Assembly: GCA_964579825.1 (NCBI GenBank)
Contig: CAZOHT010000007.1
Location: 3,540-67,539 of the forward strand
DNA: 64,000 nt
Direction: 5' to 3'
Origin: an uncultured Anaerolineaceae bacterium
GTDB lineage: Bacteria > Chloroflexota > Limnocylindria > Limnocylindrales > CSP1-4
A model generated the notes under the pieces. That model was given only the letters and a program-made list of their open reading frames with translations. It was not told the DNA's origin and searched no databases. Shown one piece after another: positions 61,989 to 64,000 of the stretch (within the stretch, counting starts at the first letter, position 1; each line of letters starts with the position of its first letter). A program made the translations under genes and the position numbers.

Positions 61989-62837
61989 GTGACGGACACG
62001 GCGGAGATCGGGGTCTTCGGGGGCTCGGGGTTCTACTCGCTGCTCGAGGACGTGCGCGAGGTCAAGGTGGACACGCCGTACGGCCCACCATCGGATTCGA
62101 TCTTCCTGGCGGAGGTCGCCGGCCGGCGCGTCGCGTTCCTGCCGCGCCACGGTCGCCGCCACACGATCCCGCCGCACAAGATCAATTACCGCGCCAACGT
62201 CTGGGCGATGCGTTCGCTCGGCGTGAAGGCGGCGATCTCGCCATGTGCCGCGGGCTCGCTCCAGCTCGCCGTCAAGCCCGGTGACTTCGTCGTGTGCGAC
62301 CAGTTCGTGGACCGCACGACCGGCCGCATCGACACGTTCTTCGATGGCCCGATCGTGACCCACCTCTCGTCCGCCGAGATCTACGACCCGGTCCTGCGCC
62401 AGCTGGCCATCGACACGATCCGCGACCACGGCATCGAGGTCCACGAACGCGGCACGGTCGTCGTCATCGGCGGGCCCCGCTTCTCGACGAAGTCCGAGTC
62501 GAAGTGGTTCAGCGACGCCGGCTGGGAGGTCATCAACATGACCCAGTACCCCGAGGCGTGGCTGTGTCGCGAGCTCGGGATGGCGGTCGTCAACATCAGC
62601 CTGATCACGGACTACGACGCGGGTGTCCACGAAGGCACCGAAGCCGTCGATGCGATGAGCGTGCTGGAGGTCTTCCAGCAGAACGCCAGCCGGATCCAGG
62701 CCGTCGTGCTGGACCTGATCGGCCGGTTCCCGGCGGACCTGGACGCGCTGGGTGCACTCGATGCGCTCGGCCCGACCCGCGGCGACGGCCACGCGATGTC
62801 GAGCGAGGACATCCGGTTGTTCGAGACCGGGCTCTAG
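61989..62837 (+). CDS. mtnP: S-methyl-5'-thioadenosine phosphorylase
   Basis: 282 aa (..IGVFGGSGFY...FLPRHGRRHTIPPHKINYRAN...INMTQYPE..). GGAGGG sits upstream of GTG 61989. Confidence 0.88.
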   Translation: MTDTAEIGVFGGSGFYSLLEDVREVKVDTPYGPPSDSIFLAEVAGRRVAFLPRHGRRHTIPPHKINYRANVWAMRSLGVKAAISPCAAGSLQLAVKPGDFVVCDQFVDRTTGRIDTFFDGPIVTHLSSAEIYDPVLRQLAIDTIRDHGIEVHERGTVVVIGGPRFSTKSESKWFSDAGWEVINMTQYPEAWLCRELGMAVVNISLITDYDAGVHEGTEAVDAMSVLEVFQQNASRIQAVVLDLIGRFPADLDALGALDALGPTRGDGHAMSSEDIRLFETGL

Positions 62838-62841
62838 TCGC

Positions 62842-63708
62842 GTGGTGGACGCGGGCGGCGCGGGCGGCGCACGTGACGGGCTGCCGATCGGGGTCTGCCT
62901 GCGGGCTATCCGGGCCGAACCGCTGTGGTGGCTGGAGAGCGCCCGCCGGTTGGAAGCCGCCGGGTATCGCGGCGTGTGGAGCTGGGATCACTTCATGGGC
63001 AAGGGCGACCCGACCGTCCCGGTCGTCGAGGGCTGGACGATCCTCGCGATGGCCGCGGCCCAGACCTCGAGGGTGACGGTGGGGCCGTTCGTGCTCAACG
63101 TCATGAACCGCCACCCCGCGCTGGTCGCCCGGATGGCCTCCACGCTCCAGATCGCGAGCGGTGGCCGGCTGGTGCTGGGGATCGGCATCGGCGGGGCTCC
63201 CAGGGAGCACGCCGCCTATGGCATGGCCTTCCCCGAGCCCGCGGAGCGCGTCGCGCGCCTGGAGGAGGCGATCGCCGTCATGCGGGCGCTGTGGAGCGGC
63301 GGGCCGGTCACGCGCGAGTCGGCCCTCTACCCGTTGCGGGACGCCGCGGCCTATCCGATCCCGACGCCACCACCACCGATCGTCATCGGCGGGGAGACGC
63401 CGGCCGGGGCGCGCCTGGCCGGGCGGATCGGTGACGGCTGGAGCGCGTTCGACGTGAACTTCGAGGCGAACCTGCCGCTGTACCTGGCGTCCCTCGAGGC
63501 GGCCGGGCGGCGGCGTGAGGACCAGCGCGTGATCGTCGGGTTCCAGGGCGACTGGCTCGGGGAGGAGTCGGTCATCGACAGTCCCTGGGTGACCGCGCCG
63601 CGCGACGCCTGGGATCGATGGCGCGCCGCAGGCGCGGATGAGGTCATCGTCCTGGCCAAGACGACCGAGGACGTCGATGCGCTGGTCGGAGCCGTCGACC
63701 GCTGGTAA
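62842..63708 (+). CDS. LLM-class F420-dependent oxidoreductase
   Basis: About 288 aa from GTG 62842 (..GVWSWDHF...LGIGIGGAPREH...PIVIGGETPAGARLAGR..). Confidence 0.75.
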   Translation: MVDAGGAGGARDGLPIGVCLRAIRAEPLWWLESARRLEAAGYRGVWSWDHFMGKGDPTVPVVEGWTILAMAAAQTSRVTVGPFVLNVMNRHPALVARMASTLQIASGGRLVLGIGIGGAPREHAAYGMAFPEPAERVARLEEAIAVMRALWSGGPVTRESALYPLRDAAAYPIPTPPPPIVIGGETPAGARLAGRIGDGWSAFDVNFEANLPLYLASLEAAGRRREDQRVIVGFQGDWLGEESVIDSPWVTAPRDAWDRWRAAGADEVIVLAKTTEDVDALVGAVDRW

Positions 63709-63813
63709 GCCGGAGGACACGACGAAGCCTGGCGCACGAGGCCACCGGCGGGAGCCCGGCCAGCCGCGGACCCGGTACGGCCGCTGACATCGGGCGCCTG
63801 CGGCTTCATCGGC

Positions 63814-63912
63814 CTGGCTGATCGGATCGCGTCCATCCACGCTCGGTGAAGCGGAAGATCGAACGGACTTCGAACCTGGTCACGCTCGCTCGTATCGATC
63901 CCGATCAGCCAG
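63814..63912. repeat. intergenic hairpin, 16/17-bp stem and 66-nt loop, possibly family B
   Basis: CTGGCTGATCGGATCG (63814-63829) pairs with CGATCCCGATCAGCCAG (63896-63912). The loop ends with CACGCTCGCTCGT (63881-63893), identical to 16246-16258 at the same position relative to the 3' arm. Confidence 0.5.
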
Positions 63913-64000
63913 CCTGGTCAAGAGCCGCCGCGCGACCGGCCGGAGCGCCTGGCCCAGGCTCCCGTCGCCCATCCGTGGCACCATCGGACCGTGACTGCCT

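Noticed and set aside
63709-64000. A possible partial gene at the right edge of the window.
   Set aside because: No frame gives a recognisable protein, and the only ATG-initiated frame on the minus strand is 30 codons long. The region is left unannotated apart from the hairpin at 63814-63912.

Overview
Very GC-rich bacterial chromosomal segment with Actinomycetota/Chloroflexota-like coding style: many GTG/TTG starts and frequent 4-nt ATGA/GTGA overlaps between genes. I support about 60 protein-coding genes. I found no rRNA, tRNA, CRISPR array, transposase or integrase. From left to right the window holds four blocks. (1) A phosphate/polyphosphate neighbourhood: arsC (partial), phoU, pstBACS with PHO-box-like repeats, DUF190-crcB, an Ala/Lys-rich protein coupled to ppx, CYTH-CHAD and ppk1. 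(2) Mixed housekeeping and transport genes: two ABC-2 pairs, an S9 peptidase, DipZ-like, deoC, an ALDH pair, MerR-MFS, two EamA and YibE/F. (3) A split arginine cluster: argH on one strand, argC-J-B-R-G on the other, with no argD or argF. (4) An ABC exporter, a small XRE cassette, trxB, an F420 block (cofD-cofC-cofE plus PPOX and LLM enzymes and an EAL protein) and mtnP. The most unusual signals are noncoding. There are two families of roughly 100-170 bp hairpin elements at convergent gene ends. A 21-bp repeat family boxes in the XRE gene, recurs before deoC, and resembles one arm of the argC operator. A possible leaderless 23-codon uORF is coupled to argC. A TANNNT-N6-9-start signature suggests widespread leaderless transcription. 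Among the coding oddities are a DNA-ligase-like ORF lacking all catalytic lysines, an ALDH paralogue without a catalytic domain, and a histone-H1-like protein in the polyP cluster. All calls rest on reading translations and motifs by eye; no database search was run.
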